A stretch of DNA of 64,000 nucleotides from Dehalococcoidia bacterium (GCA_963665385.1 OY762213.1:325793-389792), one strand, 5' to 3'. Positions 9,754-19,357 are shown, numbered from the stretch's first letter. Program-made: numbers and translations. The notes: generated by a model not told the origin, from the sequence alone.

Positions 9754-10881
9754 TCAGCAGTACGGCAGGCCGCCGAGTTCGGACCGGTTCAATTGGCCTT
9801 GCAGGGAACTCGGCACACACCCGCTCAGCTGGTTAACGGAGAGCCACAGCTCCGTTAGGTTGGCGAGGTTGCCCAACTCGGGCGGTATCTCCCCGCTCAG
9901 CTGGTTACTGTAGAGCCGCAGGTCCGTCAGGTTGGCGAGGTTGCCCAGCTCCGGCGGTATCTCCCCGCTCAGCTGGTTATCGTAGAGCAGCAGGTCCGTC
10001 AGGTTGGCGAGGTTGCCCAACTCCGTCGGAATCTCCCCGCTCAGCTGGTTACTGCCGAGCCGCAGGTTCGTCAGGTTGGCGAGGCTGCCCAACTCCGGCG
10101 GAATCTCCCCGCTCAACTGGTTACTGGAGAGGATCAGGTCCGTCAGGTTGGCGAGGTTGCCCAACTCGGGCGGAATCTCCCCGCTCAACTGGTTACCGTT
10201 GAGGTCCAGGTCCCGCAGGTTGGCGAGGGCGCCCAACTCCGTCGGAATCTCCCCGCTCAACTGGTTACTGCCGAGCCACAGGTCCGTCAGGTTGGCGAGG
10301 CTGCCCAACTCGGGCGGAATCTCCCCGCTCAACTGGTTACCGTTGAGGTCCAGGTCCCGCAGGTTGGCGAGGGCGCCCAACTCCGGCGGAATCTCCCCGC
10401 TCAACTGGTTCCAGGCGATCCACAGGTTCGTCAGGTTGGCGAGGTTGCCCAACTCCGGCGGAATCTCCCCGCTCAACTGGTTACTCTGGAGGATCAGCTT
10501 TACGACACGGTCGCTGTTGTCGGTAGTAACGCCGTTCCAGCTGCCCAGCGGTTCGTCGGTCAGCCAGTTGTCACTGTACTTCCAGTTGGGTCCGCCCGTG
10601 GCGTTGTAGAGGGCGACTAGAGCGTCTCTGTCCCGGGACGGAGACCCGCTGTCAAGCGCGGGGATGAAGCTGGGCGCGTCGGCGGACGCGGGCGCCGGCG
10701 TATTGCCGGGCGTCATGCCGGGAGCTTGGGTTGACTGCGTTGGCCCCTCCGTCGGCGATTCACCGCCGCAGGCCACCAGGGACGCCGCGGCAAGCGTCGT
10801 CAGCAGGAGGGCTAGGGTCGCTTGCCGGGCTTTCCTCCGCAGGTCGCGTGGATCCACGTAGACGGACCAGCCTTTGATCAT
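9754..10881 (-). CDS. Plant-type LRR lipoprotein (about 12 LRRs, LRRNT-like cap, C-terminal Cys pair)
   Basis: MIKGWSV...LLTTLAAASLVACGG lipobox; ALYNATGGPNWKYSDNWLTDEPLGSWNGVT cap; repeats GEIPPELGNLANLTxLxLxxNQLS; AGGAGA SD before ATG 10881. Confidence 0.75.
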   Translation of the reverse strand: MIKGWSVYVDPRDLRRKARQATLALLLTTLAAASLVACGGESPTEGPTQSTQAPGMTPGNTPAPASADAPSFIPALDSGSPSRDRDALVALYNATGGPNWKYSDNWLTDEPLGSWNGVTTDNSDRVVKLILQSNQLSGEIPPELGNLANLTNLWIAWNQLSGEIPPELGALANLRDLDLNGNQLSGEIPPELGSLANLTDLWLGSNQLSGEIPTELGALANLRDLDLNGNQLSGEIPPELGNLANLTDLILSSNQLSGEIPPELGSLANLTNLRLGSNQLSGEIPTELGNLANLTDLLLYDNQLSGEIPPELGNLANLTDLRLYSNQLSGEIPPELGNLANLTELWLSVNQLSGCVPSSLQGQLNRSELGGLPYC

Positions 10882-11007
10882 TCTATCTCTCCTTTCCCAG
10901 GCGGCTGAGGCGCTCCCATCAGCGCCTGCGAAAGGTGCCTGGGCGTAGGCCTCGTCAGCTCTGTCTTCTCCGCCAGGCGCCAAGGCCAACCTGTGCGGTG
11001 ACGTGCC

Positions 11008-11961
11008 TCATCCCCTGCTGCGGCGCCTGTTCAGGCCGGGGATGAGCTGGAGCGCGAATATGACCGTGAAGCAGACGCTGGCCAGTAATACGCCAAGGAA
11101 GGGGAACGTCGCCGCGCCGACCCCGGGCGGGGCGAAGTCTGCAAAGAAGTGCTTCGCGAATAGCTGCTCCCCGAGGAAGTAGAGCCACGAGAAGGAAGTA
11201 ACGAGGAAACCTGCAACAGCGACGATTGCCACCACAAAGCGGGGCAGCACGATTGAGGCGATGCTCAACAGAGCCAACACGAGCAGGATGCCGAAGAGCA
11301 CGCGGGGTTGGGCCATCTCCAGCGTGTCGGCTGCCGCCAGGAGGGTGTAACTCATGCTCTGCCACTCCTCCTGGATGCCCCTCCACACCTCTTGATCGTA
11401 GGACACCGAGAAGATGACCCATGGCATGAAGAGGCTGAGCAGCGTGACCACGCCGAGGATCGCGCTTCCGACGCCGGCGGGGTTCATTCGCACGAATCCG
11501 GGGAGGTCGCTATCCCCTAACAGCGTCGGGGCCTGGGCGCTCTGGCCATCTCCGGCTGCGGCTACAGATTCCGCCTCTTCACCGGCGTCACCACCGCCGT
11601 TGGCTAGACCGGACCGGCGCGCCTGAGCGCTTTTGAGCACTGTACTCAGCCATGCGATGGTGGCCGGGTTCCGTTGCAACGCATGGCGATGCTGGAACTG
11701 TAAGGCGGCAATGGCCCCGAACGACAACAGAATCAGCAAGAAGGCCGTAGAACTGACGATGAGCAGGATGATCAGTCCCAGCGCGGCTATAGCTATCCTT
11801 GTCTCCACCTGCACGGCGTGGGGCACGAAATAGGTGCCTGTTGCCGCCAGTCCGAGAAGCCCCAGGAGGAGTTTGTAGACTAGCGGGACGCCAAGTATGA
11901 AGGCGGATAGTAGGATGACGACGCCAAGGCCGGGAACGATGAGCCGTTCTTGGATTTGCAT
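11008..11961 (-). CDS. Hypothetical polytopic membrane protein
   Basis: 317-aa ORF, multiple hydrophobic helices, no recognisable motif. Confidence 0.45.
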   Translation of the reverse strand: MQIQERLIVPGLGVVILLSAFILGVPLVYKLLLGLLGLAATGTYFVPHAVQVETRIAIAALGLIILLIVSSTAFLLILLSFGAIAALQFQHRHALQRNPATIAWLSTVLKSAQARRSGLANGGGDAGEEAESVAAAGDGQSAQAPTLLGDSDLPGFVRMNPAGVGSAILGVVTLLSLFMPWVIFSVSYDQEVWRGIQEEWQSMSYTLLAAADTLEMAQPRVLFGILLVLALLSIASIVLPRFVVAIVAVAGFLVTSFSWLYFLGEQLFAKHFFADFAPPGVGAATFPFLGVLLASVCFTVIFALQLIPGLNRRRSRG

Positions 11962-12352
11962 TTGCTCAACTCCTAACGATGATGGGCCGCGTCGTGGTTG
12001 TTACCGCCCCAGGCGTTGACCGTTCCGTCGCATCCCAGGAGGAACCCTACGTGCGGGAGAGTTGGCGGCGCGAGTCGCCTCGAGCGCAGGCTTCACCTCG
12101 ACTGCCGCCGGTGTCGATGCTGTTGCCTGTTCAGGTTTTCTCTGTCGAAAGCCAAGCGGACACACCCCTTCCGGGAAAATCCACTGAGAAGATATCATAA
12201 AATGTGTAACGAAGGTGTAACAAATGGGCGAATTACCATAACAATGTGTAATCATTCGCAGAAACTGGCACAATTGCCCCTGCTGACGCCAAATTTCTGT
12301 GTCCCGTGACGGCGGGAGCGCCCGGGGCCCCGGCGCCCATCGAGGTGACGAA

Positions 12353-12589
12353 ATGAAGCCACCGGACGACATGATGCGAGAGAACGAGGCCCTGCGGGAG
12401 CGCCTCTCGCGCCTGAGCAGGGCCAGCCTCCGCATCAACGAGAGCCTCGACTTCGACGCGGTGCTCCAGGAGATGGTGGACGGCGCTAGGGCGCTGACGG
12501 CCTCAAGCCAGTCGTTCTCAATGATCCACCGCCGGATATTGCTTTCTCTCTGCCCGGCATCACCTGTCAAGAGCGAACTGCCGCTGTGA
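12353..12589 (+). pseudogene. N-terminal fragment of a GAF-domain sensor-like protein
   Basis: MKPPDDMMRENEALRERLSRLSRASLRINESLDFDAVLQEMVDGARALTA resembles N-termini of GAF sensors, but ORF terminates after about 80 aa. Confidence 0.3.
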
Positions 12590-12769
12590 ACCTCTGTGAT
12601 TCAGCAGTAGCCGTCGGGTCGACCGGCTCGGGGGAGGAAGAACAAGCCCATGAGAAGATGGCAAGAGAAGCCATTGCCAGAATAAGTAAGCCGAGTCGGG
12701 AGGATACGGTGAATCCGGGGAGGGTGGACATCTAAGGAGATCCCTATCCCAGCCTTGACGCTGCGACCT

Positions 12770-13537
12770 CTAGTACGCGGTGTCCAGGTATTCGTCTATA
12801 ACCGCAGAAACCACGTCGAATGCAGGTGCGCCCACGAACTTGGTCATCTGGTCACCGCTAAGGATGAAGATTGTCGGCTCGGTAGTTACGCCGTATTCTT
12901 TTGCCTGGGCCAAGTCCCCGTCGACGATGTGCCTGTAGGTCCCGTTGTCCATGCAAGCGTTAAACTGGGGCCTGTCTAGAACGAGGCTTCCGCCCCGGAC
13001 TTTCACACCAGTCCTGCCTTGGACACCGGTCCGGTTCTGGAACACGCTGTCATGGTATTCCCAGAATGCACCTTGTTCTCCGGCACACTCGGCGCCTTGG
13101 GCCATGATCGGGGAATCGGCTCCGACGACGGCGTAGTGACGGTATTCCATTTTGACCCGTCCGTCGTCCAAGTAGGCGGACCTGATCTCCTGGGCCGTAC
13201 CAAGGGCCCAGCGCCTACAGCTGGGGCATTGGAAGTCGTTGTACTCCAGGACGGTGACTAACGCGTCCCGTGAGCCGAGGACGTTCCAGTCTCGGGTGCT
13301 GGTAGCAGGGGGCGCGGCATCAGGCTCTTCGGTATCGGCGGGGGTTTCTGTGGGATCAGGGGCCTCAGCAGGCGCCGTGGTGGCGGTAGGGTTGGGGGTA
13401 TCCGTTGACCCGCCGCAGGCCCATGCCGCGCCAATTACAAGCGAAAGTAGAAGCAGCGCCACAACCGGCGCTCTCGTGCGTCTACGGAGGAGGACAGACA
13501 AAGTCAACATGCTTGCTTGTACTGGGTCCTGAGGCAA
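12770..13537 (-). CDS. DsbA-family thiol:disulfide oxidoreductase lipoprotein
   Basis: Lipobox AAWACGG; thioredoxin-fold CPSC active site (NDFQCPSCRRW); T/P-rich linker. Confidence 0.7.
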   Translation of the reverse strand: MPQDPVQASMLTLSVLLRRRTRAPVVALLLLSLVIGAAWACGGSTDTPNPTATTAPAEAPDPTETPADTEEPDAAPPATSTRDWNVLGSRDALVTVLEYNDFQCPSCRRWALGTAQEIRSAYLDDGRVKMEYRHYAVVGADSPIMAQGAECAGEQGAFWEYHDSVFQNRTGVQGRTGVKVRGGSLVLDRPQFNACMDNGTYRHIVDGDLAQAKEYGVTTEPTIFILSGDQMTKFVGAPAFDVVSAVIDEYLDTAY

Positions 13538-13979
13538 CGGGTGCAGACCTACATCCGCTGCCTTTTACCATTTATCAAAAGCCGAACGGGATGAACGTTG
13601 GGCCGATACATCCTAGGTGTGTGCCTGTTGGAGTGGGTAACGTTCCTGCCGAAGCGGGGTACCTTGTTACATATTTCGCACTCGGCCAATTTAATCGCCT
13701 TTAGTGTACAATCAGCGCCTATCACCATAGCATATGAGGCCCAGATTTAGAATCTGTAATACCTTAACGGCCTACGCGAGGAAGATGAGCTAGTTCCTTC
13801 GAACAAGCGACCTGACGGAATCTAAGGCGTTTGTTCATTCGTTCGTGAAGAACATCGCCGGCAGATGCAACGAGGCAGTGATTTCCCACATCGTCCCCAT
13901 GCCGGAAGATAGCCCAATCAGAAGGTCCACGAAGCACGTCGTAGACTGGGAAAAAGCCAGTTCGTTCCACCATACCGCA

Positions 13980-14056
13980 TGGTAGCGCGTACGGGATTCG
14001 AACCCGTGATCTCCGCCTTGAGAGGGCGGTGTCCTTGGCCACTAGACGAACGCGCC
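13980..14056 (-). tRNA. tRNA-Glu (anticodon CUC)
   Basis: Cloverleaf GGCGCGT...TTCGAATCCCGT...ACGCGCTACCA; anticodon loop CTCTCAA; close to canonical tRNA-Glu D-arm TTCGTCTAGTGGCC. Confidence 0.85.
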
Positions 14057-14118
14057 ACACCGGTGAACGTTCTCCCAGTTTAACCGCCGCGCCGAGGAAT
14101 CGCCAATGCCTGCTCCGA

Positions 14119-15003
14119 CTACATTTCCGCCGCGGCCTCTCGCACCTTCTCTATCAGCGTCTCCGCCGGCGTGGACAACGCCCGCCCGCGCAGCGTGATC
14201 AACCCCGCACGATCCGTCGGCAGAATATGACCCAACGGCACGATACCCAACGTGTCCTCGTCCCCCGGCTCAGCGACCACCCGCGGGATCACCGAGACCC
14301 CGTACCCGTGCCCCACGTACCGCTTAATCAGATCCAGTGAGTCCGCCTCCATCACGACGTCGAATTCCAGGCCCTTCCGCCGAAACTCGGACTCCACCGC
14401 GGACCGCGTGTACGTGCCCGGCCCCATCATGATCAACGGGTGCTCGGCGACGGGATCCATCGACGTAAGCGGCGATTCTTCCAGCAAGGGATGGTTGAGA
14501 GGAGTGATCAGGAGCCGCTCATAGGGGAACAGGCTCTCAAACTCCAACGCCGGATCCGGATCAATACCGGGCACGATGCCGAAATCTACCTCGCCCTGCG
14601 ACACCAACTCGATTACCTCGGAACGCAGACGCGACCTCAGTCGCATGTGTACCCGTGGATTCTCATCGCGAAACGCCTCCACGGCGCCAAGCAGGAAGTG
14701 CGACATCAGATTAGCGGTGGCAGCCACCGTCACCGGCCCCTCCGTCTGCGCCTGCTGAGTGTTGACGGCCAGCCCTTCGACCCCTTCAACAAGTGGGCCG
14801 GCCAGATCGAGCAGTTTTTCGCCCGCCAGGGTCAGCCGTATCGGCCGCCGGATGCGGTCGAATAACTGCGTCCCCAGCTCCTGCTCCAGCTTCTTGATGT
14901 GTGTGGACACCGTCGGCTGACCGATGTCCAACAGCTCCGCCGCCCGTGAAATGCTGCGCAGACGAGCCGCGATGGTGAAGCTGCGCAATTCCCGAATATC
15001 CAT
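14119..15003 (-). CDS. LysR-family transcriptional regulator
   Basis: N-terminal HTH MDIRELRSFTIAARLRSISRAAELLDIGQPTVSTHIKKLEQELG; LysR substrate-binding domain. Confidence 0.85.
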   Translation of the reverse strand: MDIRELRSFTIAARLRSISRAAELLDIGQPTVSTHIKKLEQELGTQLFDRIRRPIRLTLAGEKLLDLAGPLVEGVEGLAVNTQQAQTEGPVTVAATANLMSHFLLGAVEAFRDENPRVHMRLRSRLRSEVIELVSQGEVDFGIVPGIDPDPALEFESLFPYERLLITPLNHPLLEESPLTSMDPVAEHPLIMMGPGTYTRSAVESEFRRKGLEFDVVMEADSLDLIKRYVGHGYGVSVIPRVVAEPGDEDTLGIVPLGHILPTDRAGLITLRGRALSTPAETLIEKVREAAAEM

Positions 15004-15042
15004 ATCCAGCCTTTCATCCCCCGTAACAGCCCATATTATAGC

Positions 15043-15099
15043 ATCGCAGAATCAAATAAGAACTATCGCAGAATATCCCTTGATGCGATTCTACAGAAT
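15043..15099. promoter_or_regulatory. Repeated ATCGCAGAAT / CAGAAT motifs in LysR divergent promoter region
   Basis: atcgcagaat at 15043 and 15065, cagaat again at 15094; AT-rich intergenic region. Confidence 0.3.
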
Positions 15100-15162
15100 T
15101 GGCACTATGGATACATGAATAAGAGAGACAAGAGAGAAAGCGCAGAAAGAGGGAGGACCCCG

Positions 15163-15321
15163 ATGCCCCAGACCATAGAAACAATCAACCCCGAACTGAG
15201 CGGGCCCGACAGCCAGCTCGCAATCGTCCGCCCCGTCAAGACCGGCAAGGTCGCAATCGAGGCAAGGGCCAGCGTTGACAGGATCGTCGCGCTGAACGCA
15301 AACCTGCTGGCAGCCGCATAA
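15163..15321 (+). CDS. Small hypothetical protein divergent from LysR gene
   Basis: GGGAGG SD 6 nt before ATG; terminator-like hairpin + T-tract downstream at 15405-15449. Confidence 0.3.
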   Translation: MPQTIETINPELSGPDSQLAIVRPVKTGKVAIEARASVDRIVALNANLLAAA

Positions 15322-15404
15322 GGGGTCTGCCCAAACAACCTCCCCCGTCAGGCCCTCAGGGGCCGGGGGAACCAAAAACGAAATACCACCACCACACACC
15401 TCCT

Positions 15405-15449
15405 CCCCGGGAGAAGCTCCGCACCACACCGCGGGGCTTCTTTCTTTTT
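15405..15449 (+). terminator. Putative intrinsic terminator
   Basis: Nested hairpin (agaagc/gcttct, ccgc/gcgg) followed by ttctttcttttt. Confidence 0.4.
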
Positions 15450-15502
15450 GGGACTATACGGCGCCCAGGCCGTTCGGCGAAGGCGAGAAGCGTCGGCCCC
15501 GA

Positions 15503-16795
15503 TCAGGCTGTGATTGCAGCCCCGATCGCCTCCGCATCGAGCGAAACATCACCCTGCTCGCTCGTATCCAGATCGCGTAGAGCCGCCGTGCCCTTGGCGA
15601 CCTCATCGTCGCCGATGATCAGGGCGTAGCGCGCATTCGCCGCCCCCGCGGAGCGTAACTGCGCCCGCAAACTACGGCTCCCCGTCGGGAGCGAAACACT
15701 GACCCCCGCATGCCGCAACTCCGCCGCCAACCGCAGCGCGTGGCCGTGTGCCGTTTCTCCGAGATACACGATATACAGGTCCGTCCGTGGCGAGAGTGAT
15801 TCCGGCGGCGTCAGCCCCGCGTCGCGCAAATTCATGATGATCCGCTCGATGCCCGACCCAAACCCGACCCCCGGAGTCGGCGACCCACCAAGCTGCTCAA
15901 TGAGACCGTCGTACCGCCCGCCCGCCCCAAGCGCCGTCTGCGAGCCCTCGACAGCGGGATGCACCTCAAACACGGTCCGCGTGTAATAGTCCAGACCGCG
16001 CACGAGCCTGGGGGTGATCTCATACGGAATCCCCCACAGCTCCAACAGTGAACGAAGCCGTGTGAAGTGCTCCGCGCAATCGTCGCAGAGGCTGTCCGCC
16101 GGCGTCGGTGCGCCCGCAATCACCGTCTGGCATCGGGCCTCCTTGCAGTCCAAGAGCCGCAAGGCGTTCTTCTCATACCGCGTGTGGCAGTCCTCGCAGA
16201 CGTCATCCAGTCGCGTCGAATAATAGTCTCGGAGCGACTGTAGAAACTGCGGCCGGCACTCGCCGTCACCGATGGAGTTCACGTGCAGAGTCAGGTTCGT
16301 CAGCCCCAGCTCCTGGAACAGGCTCCACAGGACGTGGATGACCTCGGTGTCGATCTCCGGATTCGGATCTCCGATGGCCTCAATGCCGAACTGGTTGTGC
16401 TGCCGCAGCCGCCCCGACTGCGGCCGCTCATACCGAAAGATGGGCGTGATATAGAAGGCGCGCACCGGCTGTGGCAGCGTGTGCATCCCGTGCTGGATGT
16501 ACGCGCGGCACACGGGCGCCGTCCCCTCCGGTCGCAGTGTCAGCATGTCGTCGCCGCGGTCCGTGAACGTGTACATCTCCTTCTCGACGATGTCCGTGCC
16601 CTCGCCGACCGTGCGCACAAACAGAGCCGTCTCCTCGAACACGGGCGTGTCGATTCGTTTGAAGCCGAAACGATGCGCAACGCTCTGCGCCGCCGCCCGC
16701 ACCCAATCCCAATACGGCTGATCGTCAGGCAGCGTATCGTTCGTGCCGCGAACGGTCTGGAATCGACGCCGCTCGCCGCTCTCGCCTGATGTCAT
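15503..16795 (-). CDS. hisS: Histidine--tRNA ligase
   Basis: Class II aaRS motifs; HisRS signature TLRPEGTAPVCRAY, FRYERPQSGRLRQHNQFGIE. Confidence 0.9.
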   Translation of the reverse strand: MTSGESGERRRFQTVRGTNDTLPDDQPYWDWVRAAAQSVAHRFGFKRIDTPVFEETALFVRTVGEGTDIVEKEMYTFTDRGDDMLTLRPEGTAPVCRAYIQHGMHTLPQPVRAFYITPIFRYERPQSGRLRQHNQFGIEAIGDPNPEIDTEVIHVLWSLFQELGLTNLTLHVNSIGDGECRPQFLQSLRDYYSTRLDDVCEDCHTRYEKNALRLLDCKEARCQTVIAGAPTPADSLCDDCAEHFTRLRSLLELWGIPYEITPRLVRGLDYYTRTVFEVHPAVEGSQTALGAGGRYDGLIEQLGGSPTPGVGFGSGIERIIMNLRDAGLTPPESLSPRTDLYIVYLGETAHGHALRLAAELRHAGVSVSLPTGSRSLRAQLRSAGAANARYALIIGDDEVAKGTAALRDLDTSEQGDVSLDAEAIGAAITA

Positions 16796-16811
16796 CGGTA
16801 GTATGGGCGCG

Positions 16812-17585
16812 TTACACGCCGGCGATCTGATAGCCGCCGTCGATGGGCAAAATGTGACCGGTGATGCCGCTTGAAAGATCGCTCAGCAGGAACAACGCCG
16901 CCTTGGCGACCTCATCGTGTGTGATGTTGCGCTGTATTGGCGACCGTTCCGCCTGGATGCGCTTCATGTCCACGTAGCCGTGAATCGCGCGCGATGACAG
17001 CGTGTCCAGAGGCCCCGGCGAGAGAGCGTTCACGCGGATGCCGCGAGGCCCCAACTCATACGCCAACTGCTTGACCTCATTCTCCAGCGCAGCCTTGGCC
17101 GTGCCCATGATGTTGTAGCCGGGGAAGACGCGGTCAGACGCCTGGAACGTCAGCGTCACGATGGTCCCGCCCTCAGGCATCAGTGGCGAAGCGTACCGAG
17201 CGACGGGAATCAGAGAGTACGCGCTCACCTCCAGCGCAATGCGAAATCCGTCGCGCCCCGTCTGTGAGAAATCGCCGCCCAGGTCATCCCGATTCGCAAA
17301 GGCGATGCTGTGGATCAGGAGGTCGACGGACGCCCCGTCCGCCGCAATCTGCCCAAAGGCCGACTCAACATTCTCGTCCTCGGACACATCGCACTCGATG
17401 AGCGTGACGTTCTTCATGCCGTCCGTCAGCTTGCGGATACCGTCGCCGAGCCGCTCGTTCTGGTAGGTCAGATAGAGATTCGCGCCCGCGGAATGCAGCG
17501 CCTGCGCGATGTGCCACGCGATGCTGCGATGATTCGCCACCCCCAGCACAACCGCATTCTTCCCCGAAAGATCAATCGAATACAT
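16812..17585 (-). CDS. fabI: Enoyl-[acyl-carrier-protein] reductase (NADH)
   Basis: GKNAVVLGVANHRSIAWHIAQAL N-terminus and SDR Y-x6-K architecture typical of FabI. Confidence 0.85.
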   Translation of the reverse strand: MYSIDLSGKNAVVLGVANHRSIAWHIAQALHSAGANLYLTYQNERLGDGIRKLTDGMKNVTLIECDVSEDENVESAFGQIAADGASVDLLIHSIAFANRDDLGGDFSQTGRDGFRIALEVSAYSLIPVARYASPLMPEGGTIVTLTFQASDRVFPGYNIMGTAKAALENEVKQLAYELGPRGIRVNALSPGPLDTLSSRAIHGYVDMKRIQAERSPIQRNITHDEVAKAALFLLSDLSSGITGHILPIDGGYQIAGV

Positions 17586-17597
17586 ACCACCGCCCCG

Positions 17598-17771
17598 TCA
17601 TTCCCGCGAAAGCAGGAATCCAGAAATCCATGTCACACAGCGATTCCTATTGTAGCGCGGAGCGGGCAGAGCCTCCGAATCCCCCGCGTAGGCGGGAGCC
17701 CACGGCGCCCGCAGGGCGCTTCCTCTCCGCCATTCCGCCGCTCATGTCATTCTGAGCGCAGCGAAGAATCC
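17598..17771. repeat. Interspersed hairpin repeats R1 (17598-17624) and R3 (17746-17771)
   Basis: gtcattcccgcgaaagcaggaatc and gtcattctgagcgcagcgaagaatcc, same families as at 23.2 and 30.6 kb. Confidence 0.6.
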
Positions 17772-17794
17772 AAAGCCTCTAGGCGCTTGCAGGC

Positions 17795-19357
17795 TCATTC
17801 GGTGGGCCGATGAAAGTACGAAGACGGCCCATCCAACCACCTGTTCTCCAGCTGCGTCTCAACGAGATCTTCGACCCGAGCCATCTCGACACTGTCGGCC
17901 TTTACAGGAGCGCCTGGTTTGACCACCCCTCCAGCAACGTAGACGTGCCGTTTTTCGTAAAGGTAGTCGCATCCAAAAAGGCAGAGCGGCATGACGATGT
18001 AAGGATCACGACGCTCCCCTTCGTTGCAATGCTCGCGACGCTTCTTGTGAGCCGTCACTAAAGCCTCAACAGCAAACTCGCGACCACAGAGGGCGCACAG
18101 TTCCCTTTCTTTGTCCTCGAAGAGCCATTCACTCAAAATGTGTTGCTCCGTGCGTGCCGACTGTTCAGAAGTGGAGTCCGTGTCCCTGAGTTCATCCAGA
18201 CGGTTCCTAAATGTCAGGTAGCGCTCCAACGCCGGTTCGTTTGGGCGCACAGAATCCTGTGTCTCAACGGTTGAATACCTGTAGTTTTGTCTGCCATAGG
18301 ATTCGTCAACAAAGACTAGAGGAGAATTCGTGAGAGCCTTCTGAATAGCGGCCTCAGAATACCTCCCGATATTCTTATCTTCCAAGAAGCGCCTAATTTC
18401 TGGTAGTTGTGTTTCACCCCGTTCCTTCAAATATTGAACTGCATCATTCTCCAACGGACTTAAGGCTGGGGCTCTACCCTTAGGTCTAAAGGTCCGTGAG
18501 AGGCTGAGATTATTGCCTTGCGCAACGAAGAGCCGAGATGTGCGAAGATACTGCTCAATTGTTTCGACGGGGGGAAGCAGGTCCTCGTTTATCCGCTTTA
18601 GTGCCCTATGAATTGACGGAGCCAATTTACCCACGTCGCATACTTGGAAAGCAGTCAGGGCCTTTCTTGCGGCGTTGATTAGGGCATTCTGTTTTTCTTC
18701 GAACAAATACCAAGTGACACCTCCCGCCTCTCTAGTCCACGTGGTGGGGTTGCCGCGGATGATTTGGATTGCAAACCCCTTGTTAACGCGATAGAAATTG
18801 TCTACCATCTCCAGATCCTCGAAACGAACGATGCCCCGTAGTCCCTGAAGCTTCCTTGCTGTGGCAAGGTGCGCCTTAAGAGAGTCCAATTGGCCTTGGT
18901 CTACCAAGAAGAAGTCATTTGAATCGTATGTGCCACTGCTGGTGACTCTTTGGAGTTCGGGGGTGTAGGAATCGTGTCTGTGGGGCAGACTCATGTCGTC
19001 GGCTAGGCGCAAGAGGCCCGGTAAGCTCAAGGATCCTATGGGAAAGCCCCGACGTAGTGATTCTGCTTGAAGTTCAGAAGCAGTCCAAAACGCCCGAGAC
19101 TCTACCGTATCTAGGACTTTCTGCAATGACGGCAATGTGGCGAAAGGCGATTGACTGCGGAAGTCTCTCTGCAAGATCTGTCCAACCCGCTGTTTACTCA
19201 AACCGAAGTCGTCCCCAGCTTGTTGAAGCGTTGGCAATGGTGGTTGCCCAAAGCCGTAGTAATGGCAAATGAGGTCGATGTTTCGAAGTTTTTCTCCCCG
19301 CGAATGCTCTCTAATATTCTTGTCAAGGAATGCACGTATTTCGCCAAGTATAGTCAT
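17795..19357 (-). CDS. Orphan protein with N-terminal sigma-70 region-4-like HTH and C-terminal HNH nuclease motif
   Basis: N-terminal LSKQRVGQILQRD HTH; C-terminal CALCG...VTAHKKRREHCNEG...PLCLFGCD fits CxxC...H...N...C...C HNH pattern; local GC about 50% vs about 62% flanks. Confidence 0.55.
   Translation of the reverse strand: MTILGEIRAFLDKNIREHSRGEKLRNIDLICHYYGFGQPPLPTLQQAGDDFGLSKQRVGQILQRDFRSQSPFATLPSLQKVLDTVESRAFWTASELQAESLRRGFPIGSLSLPGLLRLADDMSLPHRHDSYTPELQRVTSSGTYDSNDFFLVDQGQLDSLKAHLATARKLQGLRGIVRFEDLEMVDNFYRVNKGFAIQIIRGNPTTWTREAGGVTWYLFEEKQNALINAARKALTAFQVCDVGKLAPSIHRALKRINEDLLPPVETIEQYLRTSRLFVAQGNNLSLSRTFRPKGRAPALSPLENDAVQYLKERGETQLPEIRRFLEDKNIGRYSEAAIQKALTNSPLVFVDESYGRQNYRYSTVETQDSVRPNEPALERYLTFRNRLDELRDTDSTSEQSARTEQHILSEWLFEDKERELCALCGREFAVEALVTAHKKRREHCNEGERRDPYIVMPLCLFGCDYLYEKRHVYVAGGVVKPGAPVKADSVEMARVEDLVETQLENRWLDGPSSYFHRPTE

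Noticed and set aside
8795-10609. Plus-strand ORFs (8795-9061, 8977-9459, 9065-9262, 10004-10609) with repetitive LARLPNSGGISPLNWLL peptides
   Set aside because: They are antisense read-throughs of the minus-strand LRR repeat genes. Their periodicity simply mirrors the 72-bp LRR coding repeat.
13764-14060. 98-aa minus-strand ORF
   Set aside because: Overlaps tRNA-Glu and lies in non-coding AT-rich DNA.
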